This document shows positions 1 through 12,191 of a DNA stretch of 37,946 nt, in pieces; positions within the stretch are counted from its first letter, which is position 1, and the number at the start of each line of letters is the position of its first letter. Source of the stretch: Nemertoderma westbladi (lineage: Eukaryota; Animalia; Xenacoelomorpha). The stretch covers positions 1 to 37,946 of the forward strand of contig JAUCBJ010006516.1 of assembly GCA_032718475.1 (NCBI GenBank). The letters run 5' to 3'. The notes beneath the pieces are model-generated. The model was given only the letters and a program-made list of their open reading frames with translations, was not told the origin of the DNA and searched no databases. The position numbers were made by a program, and so were the translations under genes.

Positions 1-973
1 TCAGCTTTAGTGAATTCAATTAAATATTATTGGCTGTATTGGTGTTGTGAATTAAATATATGTAAGATGTTAGCCCTTTCTAATTAAATCTGAAAGATTA
101 AGACATTTATTTCAATCAATCTGAACAGTTGGGACAGTGCTGGAATGTCTCAGTCTGCAACAACAGCATAGCGCACTACCCAACTAACAAATTTCCACTA
201 AATTCTCCACTTTATTCTCTAAAACGCTCAAACTACCATCCCAAATTCAGAAAAACAGAATAAAATTGGATTATTTAGTAATAAGTACTATTACTATTTA
301 GTAAAGGTTCTATACCTATAATGATAACGGACAATATATCTACTAAATACCCAACAAAACAATCCATCTAAGCACTTATTCCCAATTAACAGATTACAAT
401 TACATCTCACTATACCACATCAAAAATCAATGTCACATCACCACTGCCATTTCATTACATTTATAATGATATCAACAACCCAAAGACCATTTGCTATCAT
501 CTCATTTATAAAGCGCGATTTTATTGATGGAGATAAACTTATACCCCGTTATATTGAATATTCACCAAGCATCAACCTGAAAAGAACAAACCAACAACAT
601 CTATGGGAAATTTTTTAAAACGAATAAACATGTCAACTGTTGATTTATGACTCCAGCTAATGGACTATAAACAAACACCGTGACTCTCGAATTACAGACG
701 TTCCAACCACCACGCAATTCTCCCATCCCTACACGATTAATAAAACACTCATAACCGACCTTAGAATTTTCCTCCCCTCCATTCCCCACACGGCGGGCAG
801 CATTATTAGTCCTTCAGAATATGAGTCATCAATATCAAATACTGTCAACCGAACCCCTACAGGCAACAGACCAACTAACTACTAACCCACTAACTTATAC
901 AAAATGAAACAATAATGACGAGAGCAATATTTGAGATAGAGGTTACACATTTAATACTACTAACAATTAAACA

Positions 974-1231
974 ACCCCCCCCCCCCCCTTATACTACTAA
1001 CTGTTAATAACCCCCACCCCTCACCCTCTATCACTATGTCTACTACTAACCATTTAATACCCCCCCCCCCTCCCCATCCTCTATCGCACTACGTCTACTA
1101 CTACAGTACTAACCGCGTCAAACAACAAACCCCTCGAACCCCCCCCCCCCCCCCCCCCCCTCTATCACTGCTACTAGTGATAGTAGTAGTACTAACCATT
1201 AAACACCCCCCCCCCCCCCCACCCCCACACC
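974..1231. repeat. Poly-C tracts interspersed with ACTACTAAC / CTCTATC motifs
   Basis: Several C runs of about 11-22 nt (e.g. 974-988, 1139-1160, 1206-1220); G-runs on the minus strand. Confidence 0.85.
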
Positions 1232-1403
1232 AACTACTGTAGGTCTACTACTAACCACTAAAGGGTAGTTGTGCGTGGTAGAACCGCCGTGACTCATCCT
1301 CAGAGGATGTGGTGATTGGCAGGTTGACGCCTGTAGCATTATATATAATGGGAAATACGTTCGATTCAATCGTTGGGGTGATGCCAACAAAGGCCGCAAC
1401 GTC

Positions 1404-2453
1404 GTGCAAGAATCGGTAAGTCTTACTTACCAGAACATAAGATTCCTATTTGACTTCCTCAATTATAAGAAAATAGCTATTGAATATTATAAGGAATACA
1501 CCAGAGGTAATTTGTTTATAACACCCATAAATCACGCGTACTTACGCATTGGGAAAAACGGCGCATCAATCTTTATCTCGCGAAGAATTCTAGATGTCTT
1601 ACAAAACATCTACGCCAAAGCCGTTCTTTCCCGTATTGAACCAAAAAAGAAGGAAATTCACGATGAGAATTTTATGGAGTTCGAAGATTGTGGGTACATT
1701 GGATATATCTACGACTTTGAAGGGCAACGATTTGTCGGCGTTTGGGAAGCGGATGATATAGGTAGACAGCGGAAGGGTGTTCTATATTACGATGGGTTGA
1801 ATCTCAGAGCGGATGAATTCTGTTTGCTCGACTTTAACATAGATAAGAATGTTAAGGATAATATCGACGAGGTTAGTATAAGGTACACATCGATCGTTAA
1901 CGAAAACGGGATATATTTGTCCCACAACTTCGACACCAAGGTTATTTTCATCCCTCGAAACAACGCAAATGTCAAGATAATTAAGGAATTACAGAAGTAC
2001 GCGGGCCACTATATTCCGACTGGGTGTGACTTTCTACCGATTAAAAAGTTAGTTGTTGAGGCTGCGATTGATGAATTAGCGGGCGAGGAACCCATGAAAG
2101 TGGAAATGCTGAACAACGCTAGACAGCTGCAGACGTCCGAGGCAGTAAAAGTCACCGCTAAGAAAATAGGTAAGAAAAAAATCTGGTTGCCAACGATTGC
2201 GGAAAGTGAACTAAGAGGCAGCGCTGAAAAAAAGAATGATTATAAGGATATTGATACCCTCGTTGGGGGTGTGAGCGCTCAGATGAAGATGAAAACACCT
2301 AAAGCCATGAAAGAACAAGCGCTTAAGCGAAAAATTGATCTCGTCGTGAATAAAACACCTAGCTATGAGTATGAAGATATCAGCGACTTTGAAGAGGACA
2401 TCGTGGATGATGAAAACATACCTCAAATAAAGAAGATTAAACATTCAGTGTGA
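1404..2453 (+). CDS. Orphan 349-aa protein (frame open from 1293) with two PC4-like (ssDNA-binding) segments and a charged C-terminal tail
   Basis: Long non-repetitive ORF; segments IIYNGKYVRFNRW...SVSLTYQN and IYDFEGQRFVGVWE...GLNLRADEF resemble the PC4 pattern (F-x-G-x2-V-x-I-R-E...G-I-S-L); acidic then basic tail. Start codon uncertain (GTG). Confidence 0.45.
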   Translation: MQESVSLTYQNIRFLFDFLNYKKIAIEYYKEYTRGNLFITPINHAYLRIGKNGASIFISRRILDVLQNIYAKAVLSRIEPKKKEIHDENFMEFEDCGYIGYIYDFEGQRFVGVWEADDIGRQRKGVLYYDGLNLRADEFCLLDFNIDKNVKDNIDEVSIRYTSIVNENGIYLSHNFDTKVIFIPRNNANVKIIKELQKYAGHYIPTGCDFLPIKKLVVEAAIDELAGEEPMKVEMLNNARQLQTSEAVKVTAKKIGKKKIWLPTIAESELRGSAEKKNDYKDIDTLVGGVSAQMKMKTPKAMKEQALKRKIDLVVNKTPSYEYEDISDFEEDIVDDENIPQIKKIKHSV

Positions 2454-2648
2454 ATATTTCGAGCGGTAGAAACTTTATTATTATAAATAGGTCGCGTTCG
2501 TAGGTGGTGTCGCTGTAACGAGTCAGACATGGTTAAATAATTATTATTATTTTGTGGTAGAAAATTATAAATTTGTTAAATTATTTGTTGGTATAATTAA
2601 TTATCGGTTGAAATATTTGTTGGTATAATGATAATATTATAAATACAA

Positions 2649-3028
2649 TAACCTTACTTCGTCGTAGCTCGCCCCACTACTCATTAATGGCACCCATATG
2701 CTAAGGCTTCACTCGCTTCATGGCTCGCCCCATTTTTTCAATGTTGGAAGGAATGATGGGGATGTTGGGTGATGGTGGTGGTGGTAATGATGCTGAGGAT
2801 GAGGAAGAAGACTGGGCGGATGGTGATAGCGGGATAAGCGGGTGAGGTGGTGGGAGAAATTTTTAAACCTTTTTTAGTTGTTGCGTCATAACCTTACTTC
2901 GATGCTATCACTCACTTCATGGCTCGCCCCATAGGTAGAATAATCAAATTAAAATAATATTATAAATACTATAACCTTAACCCATATGCTAAGGCTTCAC
3001 TCGCTTCATGGCTCGCCCCATTTTTTCA
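2649..3028. repeat. Dispersed direct repeats
   Basis: CCCATATGCTAAGGCTTCACTCGCTTCATGGCTCGCCCCATTTTTTCA at ~2693-2740 and ~2981-3028; GCTCGCCCCA four times; ATAACCTTAC(TTCG) repeated. Confidence 0.8.
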
Positions 3029-3359
3029 TCAAATCACGAAATCATGTTAAAGACTTTATAACAAACGTCTGTAACCCACTTACTATATTGGGTTTTACCT
3101 ATTGCGGTTCAAGGTCAAACGCCAACCGGTAGACACGAATTAATTAAATTACTTCCGTCTGCGAACTGGCCTTATACCACATGTCACATATACACAGTGG
3201 TGACATATGTTACATATACACAATGGTAACCATAGTAAGTGGGCGGAGTGACACAATGGTAATCATAGTAAGTAGGCGGGGCAAGAACCGTTCGGCAAAT
3301 TCTTTAACATGGTAGACTATGGCAGAAGCTGTTTTATTTCAGTTGTTTATCATACTACT

Positions 3360-6097
3360 TATGTACACTATGTACTATGTACTATGTACACTATGTACTA
3401 TGTACACTATGTACTATGTACACTATGTACTATGTACACTATGTACTATGTACACTATGTACTATGTACACTATGTACTATGTACACTATGTACTATGTA
3501 CACTATATACTATGTACTATGTACTATGTACGCTATGTACTATGTATACACTATGTACTATATACACTATGTACTATGTACACTATGTACACTATGTACT
3601 ATGTACACTATGTACTATGTACACTATGTACTATGTACACTATGTACATGTACACTATGTACTATGTACACTATGTACTATGTACACTATGTACATGTAC
3701 ACTATGTACTATGTACACTATGTACTATGTACACTATGTACTATGTACACTATGTACTATGTACTATGTACATTATGTACTATGTACAAAGTACACTATG
3801 TACTATGTACACTATATACTATGTACACTATGTACTATGTACACTATGTACATGTACACTATGTACTATGTACACTATGTACTATGTACACTATGTACTA
3901 TGTACACTATGTACTATGTACACTATGTACTATGTACATTATGTACTATGTACAAAGTACACTATGTACTATGTACACTATATACTATGTACACTATGTA
4001 CTATGTACACTATGTACTATGTACACTATGTACTATGTACACTATATACTATGTACGCTATGTACTATGTACACTATGTACACTATATACTATGTACACT
4101 ATGTACTATGTACGCTATGTACTATGTACACTATGTACTATGTACACTATGTACTATGTACACTATGTACTATGTACACTATGTACTATGTACACTATGT
4201 ACTATGTACGCTATGTACTATGTACACTATGTATTATGTACAAAATGTACCATTTACACTATGTACTATGTATACACTATGTACTATGTACACTATGTAC
4301 TATGTACACTCAATACTATGTACACTATGTACTATGTACACTATTTACTATGTACTATGTACACTATGTACTATGTACTATGTACACTATGTACTATGTA
4401 CACTATGTACTATGTACACTATGTACTATGTACACTATGTACTATGTACACTATGTACACTATGTACTATGTACACTATATACTATGTACACTATGTACT
4501 ATGTACACTATGTACTATGTACACTATGTACTATGTACACTATGTACTATGTACACTATGTACTATGTACACTATGTACTATGTACACTATGTACTATGT
4601 ACTATGTACACTATGTACTATGTACGCTATGTACTATGTACACTATGTACTATGTACAAAATGTACCATTTACACTATGTACTATGTATACACTATGTAC
4701 TATGTACACTCAATACTATGTACACTATGTACTATGTACACTATTTACTATGTACTATGTACACTATGTACTATGTACACTATGTACTATGTACACTATG
4801 TACTATGTACACTATGTACTATGTACACTATGTACTATGTACACTATGTACTATGTACACTATGTACACTATGTACTATGTACACTATATACTATGGACA
4901 CTATATACTATGTACACGATGTACTATGTACACTATGTACCATGTACACTATGTACTATGTACACTATGTACTATGTACACTATGTACACTATGTACACT
5001 ATGTACTATGTACACTATGTACTATGTACACTATGTACTATGTACACTATGTACTATGTACACTATGTACTATGTACACTATGTACTATGTACACTATGT
5101 ACTATGTACACTATGTACTATGTACACTATGTACTATGTACACTATGTACTATGTACACTATGTACACTATGTACTATGTACACTATGTACACTATGTAC
5201 TATGTACACTATGTACTATGTACACTATGTACTATGTACACTATGTACTATGTACACTATGTACTATGTACACTATGTACTATGTACACTATGTACTATG
5301 TACACTATGTACTATGTACACTATGTACTATGTACACTATGTACTATGTACACTATGTACTATGTACACTATGTACTATGTACACTATGTACTATGTACA
5401 CTATGTACTATGTACACTATGTACTATGTACACTATGTACTATGTACACTATGTACTATGTACACTATGTACTATGTACACTATGTACTATGTACACTAT
5501 GTACTATGTACACTATGTACACTATGTACACTATGTACTATGTACACTATGTACTATGTACACTATGTACTATGTACACTATGTACTATGTACACTATGT
5601 ACTATGTACACTATGTACTATGTACACTATGTACTATGTACACTATGTACTATGTACACTATGTACTATGTACACTATGTAATATGTACACTATGTACTA
5701 TGTACACTATTTACTATGTACTATGTACACTATGTACTATGTACTATGCACACTATGTACTATGTACACTATGTACTATGTACACTATGTACACTATGTA
5801 CTATGTACACTATGTACACTATGTACACTATGTACTATGTACACTATGTACTATGTACACTATGTACTATGTACACTATGTACTATGTACACTATGTACT
5901 ATGTACACTATGTACACTATGTACACTATGTACACTATGTACTATGTACACTATGTACTATGTACACTATGTACTATGTACACTATGTACTATGTACACT
6001 ATGTACTATGTACACTATGTACTATGTACACTATGTACTATGTACTATGTACACTATGTACTATGTACACTATGTACTATGTACACTATGTACTACT
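3360..6097. repeat. Satellite of 16-bp unit TATGTACACTATGTAC (7-bp ACTATGT + 9-bp ACACTATGT subunits)
   Basis: Continuous 2.7-kb array visible directly in the sequence. Confidence 0.98.
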
Positions 6098-6294
6098 TTT
6101 TATAATATAATATATATACTAATCTATATTATACTACTTTTTGAACCCTCTTTCGTTTATTTTGCCAATAATGATATAAATATACTACAATACATTTAGT
6201 ATTTACGGGGGAAATTCAAACATACAAAAATACAGTAACACAAAATCAATGAAATTTACTATTTTTAGTATTGGTTCATGGTCTTTGACATAAG

Positions 6295-6640
6295 TGACCA
6301 TTATTACCGTAATGTGTGTGTGTGTGTGTCCAGAGCGATATCTCAGTTATTTATTAATCAATCGAAACAAAATTTGGACAAAAGTTAGATATAGGGATGG
6401 CGAAGGCTCATACAAAAAATTGGGTGTCGAGATAGTATTTGTGCGATGTGAGCGCTATATTTGCGTGTTTTCGCATGGTTTAGGAAAAAGCTATCTTGTC
6501 ATAGGGAACGCAATGAATGATTCTGATATTTGGCATGGAGGTACCTGAATTATTTCTAAATCGATTAACGGAGGCCGATTTTTAAATTTGGACCTACATT
6601 ATGACCTAATTGAAGATTTAATTAAGGTAATTAATTAGCA
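6295..6640. mobile_element. Possible fragment of a non-autonomous DNA element (Helentron/DINE- or Crypton-like)
   Basis: TTATTACC followed by a (TG)n microsatellite and GATATCTC...AAATTTGG motifs typical of such interspersed elements; ends not defined. Confidence 0.25.
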
Positions 6641-6786
6641 TTAGCAATTACCAATACTGCAGTACCGGTACTGCAGTCCTGTAGGCCCTAGACTGCTAGT
6701 ACTGTCTGATTGTCTGCCTGTAGTTAATCTGTAGACAATCTTAGCACTATGCACTACCTGCTAGCATACTGGCATAGCAGCAAACT

Positions 6787-7260
6787 GGAATGGAATTGGA
6801 ATTGGAATTGTTTATTGACATCAAAATACAGTAAAAATATTAAAAACATAGGCTATACGTTAAACGTTACACACAACAGTACAATCGAAAACTAAAACAA
6901 GAATTTACAAATTTATTCAATTACGGTAAAGTGTAGCTGTAGGACTTTAAAATTATGGTATTGTATACTAAAAACAATAGATGAGAAACGGTTTGGTTTG
7001 AACAAATAAGTTTTTATGGGAGTGCACACTAAAAAGGATCATGATGATGTCAGGATGTAGATGTGGATATAATTACAAATATTAAAAAAACAAAAAATGG
7101 GAACATACAGGCGCATAGGAAGCACAGGAAGGCGCACAGGGAGCATACATACGGGCGCGGAATGATAACGGTTAACGGCACAGAGCAAAAGATAATGATG
7201 TCGGGGATAACCTCATGAGACATAGTCTCGTTTCCATGGGGTCCCCTGGCAGTACCAAGT
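6787..7260 (-). mobile_element. 3' UTR remnant of a CR1-group (Crack/Daphne-like) LINE
   Basis: Minus strand ends AATAAA + (CAATTC)n tail (6787-6816); internal GGACCCCATGGAAACGAGAC...ATGAGGTTATCC motif resembling CR1-group 3' UTRs; ACTGGCATAGCA flanks both sides (6768-6779, 7282-7293). Confidence 0.5.
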
Positions 7261-8267
7261 ACCGGTACTTCTGACTGGCAGACTGGCATAGCATTTCAGT
7301 TTATTATTATCCATCAGGTAGGCTATGCCTGGCTTAAAAATAATATTTCGCCATGTTCGCAGTGCGACTTCGCACTGACTACCGGTAGGCCTATGCAGCT
7401 ATGCTATGAGATTAACCGTCCAGTCGTTCAGATGCATATGGTACCGGAACGGGTTACGGTTTAATCCTGCATTTGTCAATTACGACAATACCGGTACGAC
7501 TTTGAGTACCGCTGTACCGGTACGCGGTAGCCTACCGTTACCGGTTGACCGGTAGGCGTAGGCGGTAGACCTACGGTGCGATGGTAGCCAGCCGGTAGGT
7601 GGTAGGCTTACCGTACCGGTATAAATGTTGGCGGATGGCGGGATGACGTCGCGTGGCGCGTAATTACTTACCGGTTGCCGGTAGACGCCTACCCAACTCG
7701 TAACTGGTGGTCGTGGTCGACGGTCGTGGTGGGATGAGCATGACGCCTACGATGGGAACAAGTGAAAAGGAAACATAGGCCTACCCGACTGCCCGAACGA
7801 AAATGTACCGGTCAGCCGCCAGCCGGTACCCGAATACTGGTAGGGCCTACGTTTCGACAATGATGTATCGGTTATTATTATTGTACTGATTAAGTAGGAG
7901 GACCGTGAACCCTCCAGGCTTGCCAGCTTGTTATTTATTAATCCTGTCCGTCGCGGCAGTCTGTCAGTGATGGGTTATGGTTTGTACTGTAGAGGGATCT
8001 AAGTCGTTCTATATACTTCATGTTACTGGTGTGTACTGTTTTAGGTATAGGGTTTGTGCTGTTACGTTTGTGCTGTTTAGTTATCAGTCAGGACCTGAGT
8101 TCGTATTAATAGAATCCTGTAATCAGTTTGTAACAATTGATCATTTTACAATAGAGTACCAGAGTACAGCAAAGCAAATGCAACAACTTAACTTGTAATC
8201 CGGTTTTACTAAAGAACTATACATTGTAATTTTTATTATTATATACAACTATATGTGCTGATATGAG

Positions 8268-9524
8268 ATGGGCGACAGAAGAAAATCAGTTAAGTCCGCA
8301 TCTACAAGAAACTCGATTGGCATCTCTACAACTACAGGCACAGGGAATAAGCCCAACCCGAGCCCGAATTCAAAACCAAACATAATTTCAACAGCACGCA
8401 CTGATGGGCACATAGAAATAGAAGTGGTCTGTTCTGGCACCAACTGCACCCTAACAATGATATGTATTGCAAAACCAGTTACGGACTTTGGTCGAGTTGA
8501 TTTTTACTGTGGGAAATGTGCTGCAAAGCATGTACTCCGAGTCAGTAAAGATATACGCGACATGGAGACTAAATTTGAGGATAAACTGTTACAAGTAAAC
8601 TCACGTCTATCTGACACTGACGAGAACCTCCTAGCCTCTGATCAAGAGCTTAAGCATGACATCCGACAAACAAATTATGAGATAACTACACTTCGTGCCG
8701 AGTTGGTCCACCAAATCGCGAAGATCAACTCGAGGACTGATGACTTTGAAACAAAATTGACATCCTTAAGCCTCTGTGAAGCTGCTGACAGAAGAGACAG
8801 TGGGACTTCTGCACAAACGTCTTGGCAAGAAGTTCCTCCCCGACGGCAACAAAGGACTAATGCAGTGAGTGAACCTAAATCAGCCAACTTTGCACTACTC
8901 GCCAGAAAGCTGAAAGAAGAAGAATCTGAACAAGAGCGACGCAAGTCAAACATTGTAATTAAGGGGGCTGCAGTAACCAACAATGATCCGGAGTTTGTTG
9001 TTAATCTTGCTAAATCTCTCAACATAACCCTTGAGACATGTGACATAAAGGTTACCAGGGTCGGAAAGATCCAAAATGGGTCCCAATCAATCATTGTAAA
9101 ACTACCCCAAAGTAAAAGATATGACCTTCTCCAAAAGGCTCGCGACCTGAGAAAATCTTCTACTTTCAATCACCTATTTATATCACAAGATTTAACCCCA
9201 GAACAAAGTAAACTTCAATACGAACTTCGTGTGGAACGCAGGGCATTGGAATCTTCATTTCCAGATACCCACTGGGTAATTTATTGAGGCTCAGTGGTGG
9301 ATTCGGCCTCACTAAATCGACATTCCACAAAGCCTACAACTGTAGATAACATCAGTGAGACACACCCACTAACAGCATCACAAAGAATACCGAGAACATT
9401 CTACAGGTCGAGTGGAACAGTCAGACCAAACGTAAGTGACACTGCCGAATCTCGTGATGATACCTTACAACCCATACCGGTACCTCATTCACCCTTTAAT
9501 GTTCAACGCGAACAAACGGACTGA
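8268..9524 (+). pseudogene. LINE A ORF1 (Cys finger, coiled coil, RRM-like) with premature TGA at 9285-9287
   Basis: CSGTNC...FYCGKC, ERRKSNIVIKG, FISQDLTPEQ motifs; WVIY*GSV aligns with LINE B WIIYNGEV; same frame stays open to TGA 9522-9524. Confidence 0.85.
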
Positions 9525-9608
9525 CTAGACTCCACAATTATCCAAACCCACACAGGCGACAATCGGGACTCCAGTCAACAACTTCCGTTCACTTTATATC
9601 CCTGGCTA

Positions 9609-10742
9609 ATGCAGTTCGAGAACAGGGGTATCCATATTGCCCACTTAAATACTCGCAGTTTATATAACAAAATGTCAGAGATCCGTCTTCTACTTGGTAC
9701 AAGAAATCTCCACATACTCACCATTTCTGAAACTTGGTTGGATGAGTCAATTACATCACAAGAGGTGAAGGTGGATGGGTATGAATTTTACAGAGCGGAT
9801 CGCAACAGGGAAGGTGGAGGTGTTGGTATATATATCCTCTCCAGTCTATCTTTCAATCAACCAACCCCCCCTTTAATATCCGCAACAACTGAATGCTTCT
9901 TTGGTCTACTTAATCTTCCACACACCAAACCCATTTTAATTGGAGTTATATACCGCCCACAAACAAACACCAACTTCTTTGAGAACCTAGAATCTATGTT
10001 AGGAGATACTACAGCTTATAATGAGGTTATTATTATGGGTGACACAAATTCAGATACTCTAAACATACAAAATCCAACAACAGAGCCACTCAGACGCAAA
10101 CTCTACTCCTTCTGCAACTCAATGGGCCTTGAGCAGCTCATCAAAGAACCCACCCGTGTAACTTTGCATACATCAACAACCCTGGACCATATTTTTGTAT
10201 CCAACCCAGACAATATCTCACACAGTGGTGTTTTTAAAATGGGCCTCAGTGATCACTACCTGGTTTATGTGACTCGGAAACGTAAAAAACTTATGCCTCA
10301 CTCCCACACAACTCGTATCAGTAGATCATACAAAAACTACAGTGAAACCCGACTTCTAGAACTCTTGAACGCAAACACCGCTCTACCTACCATCCTCCAG
10401 ACAACATCAGTAGACAATGCTGCTATGATTCTACAGGCCGAACTGAACAATATCGCAAATGAAATTGCCCCTTTTAAAGAAGTCCGCATTAAACATAACA
10501 CAGAGCCATGGATTAACTCAACCATCACTTCTACAATTCAAGCAAGGAACAATGCATTTAGGGTATTTCATAACCATCCCAATTCAACTAACGAACAGGA
10601 GTATAAAAGGTTGAGGAATGTGTTAACAGGCCAAAGCAGATCTGCCAAAGCGAATTTCTTCCACGACAAGCTTGAGGCCAATAAATCTAATCACAAAGAG
10701 TTATGGAAAACACTGAAACACATGGGCGCCCCATCAAAAAAC
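9609..10742 (+). pseudogene. LINE A ORF2 part 1: apurinic/apyrimidinic-type endonuclease
   Basis: HLNTRSL, ISETWL, GGGVGIY, IYRP, MGDTN, TLDHIF, SDHYLV motifs. Confidence 0.93.
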
Positions 10743-11759
10743 TACTACTACTATGATCGGCATTCTGCATTGCAGCTGCATTTTTAAGAATGCTGTGCCG
10801 GCTTGTCAACAAAATTGCACCGCCACAACTCCCTATCACCCATGACATTTGCTAGATCATCCGCATCTTTAAGGCCAGTGTCCTTTAAGATGCGTCTCAA
10901 GAAAGTCATGGGCTGTCCACCATGCTTATTCACTCCATGAGGCTGCCAAAGTACAAGATTATGCACTGGCTGGTCCTCACGGCGAAAGCAATGTCCTGCA
11001 AAGCGGAGGCGATTTTGTTCTAGTGTCAAGCTTGGGGGAACCAATGAGACACCTCCAATGTTATATAGTGTCTGGTTGGAGATGTGTGCATTGTACTTGA
11101 CACAATGAACCCGGCGTAGCATTCTTGTGAATGTGCCATCCAGAGATTTGGTATCCTCAGCAGTTAGAGCCCAGCATGGACTCCCATAGAGGAGTACTGG
11201 AACTACTGCTGCTCTAAATAATCGGACCTTAAGTTTCCGATTAATTCTCGGTGACTTCCAAATCCTGGAAAGCCTATTCAAGGCTGCCCATGCCTTTCCC
11301 TTACGTATTCGAAGGTCCTCACCTGACTTCCGGATCCATGATCCCAGGTAACAGAAGTCGTCCACATGCTCAAGCATACCATCCTTTGAGCTTATGCTCA
11401 TCCGATCAGAGACTTGCTGAGGACTTTCAAAGTTAACTGTCAGAATTTTGGTCTTTCTGGAGTTAATAAAAAGACCAACACTAGAAGCAGCATGTTCTAA
11501 TGAGCTGAGGAGCCGTTGGGCTCCCTCTAATGATTCTGATAGTACTCCTAAGTCATCAGCAAAGTCTAGATCAGTTAGGTACTTGGCAGGATTTCCTCGA
11601 CTTCTGGAGCCAGTAGGTGGAGTTATCATCACCCCATCATCATTATAATGATCTAAGGACATGCGTAGAACATAGTCAACCACAATAATGAACAAGAATG
11701 GTGCAAGTGTGTCTCCTTGGAGGACGCCCCATAACACTTCAAATGGTTCTGTGTCACCG
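10743..11759 (-). mobile_element. 5'-truncated RTE-clade LINE, inverted
   Basis: 9-bp TSD TCAAAAAAC (10734-10742, 11760-11768); (TAG)n tail on the minus strand; very short 3' UTR. Confidence 0.92.
10784..11759 (-). CDS. RTE-clade reverse transcriptase, C-terminal part
   Basis: GVLQGDTLAPFLF, LDFADDL, FCYLGS, LLYGSPCW, RLRFAGH motifs; uninterrupted to stop. Confidence 0.9.
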
Positions 11760-11768
11760 TCAAAAAAC

Positions 11769-12191
11769 AAGAAAGCCTCAACATCTATACCTTGTATCAA
11801 AATGGGAGACTCACTGCTGTACGATGATGCAGAGAAAGCAATCGAGTTCAACAATTTCTTTACCCATATTGCTGATACGCTAGTGGACAACCTTCCTCCT
11901 GCTGATAGCAACTACAAATTGCAAGTAGAAGAATACTATCGCAGGAAAGGAATTTTCCCCAACTCTTTTTCCCTTTCACCGGTAGACTCTGAATCTGTCC
12001 GAGTTATTCTATCCCAACTAGACGTTAGTAAGAGCTGTGGGCCTGACAACATACCTGCACTTATCCTGAGAGATGGATGTAGCTATCTTCTACCTCTAGT
12101 AACATATATTATAAACTTGTCAATCTCCACAAATACCTTTCCCAGCATTTACAAAATAGCCAAAGTAATCCCAATTTTCAAAAAAGGAAGC
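11769..12191 (+). pseudogene. LINE A ORF2 part 2 (linker / start of RT)
   Basis: FNNFFTHIA, KSCGPDNIP, KIAKVIPIFKKG motifs in the same frame as part 1. Confidence 0.9.

Larger units (their letters stand above)
1..3359. mobile_element. Putative right end of a Polinton/Maverick-like DNA element (tentative)
   Basis: Ends in ACTACT (3354-3359; reverse strand AGTAGTATGATAA, Polinton-type terminus) directly against the satellite; subterminal short duplications and GC boxes at 2650-3280; intronless orphan ORF. No pPolB, integrase or capsid gene in the window. Confidence 0.35.

Noticed and set aside
1036-1242. Proline-rich ORF
   Set aside because: Translation of poly-C tracts.
3309-6199. 787-940 aa ORFs in three frames
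   Set aside because: Artefact of a satellite that lacks plus-strand stop codons.
9285-9287. TGA as the true ORF1 stop or a readthrough site
   Set aside because: Falls inside the conserved WxIYxG motif, context not leaky; probably a CGA>TGA mutation.
11760-11911. N-terminus of the 375-aa minus ORF, and N-terminus of the 11688-12245 plus ORF
   Set aside because: Chimeric read-through across the RTE insertion junction.
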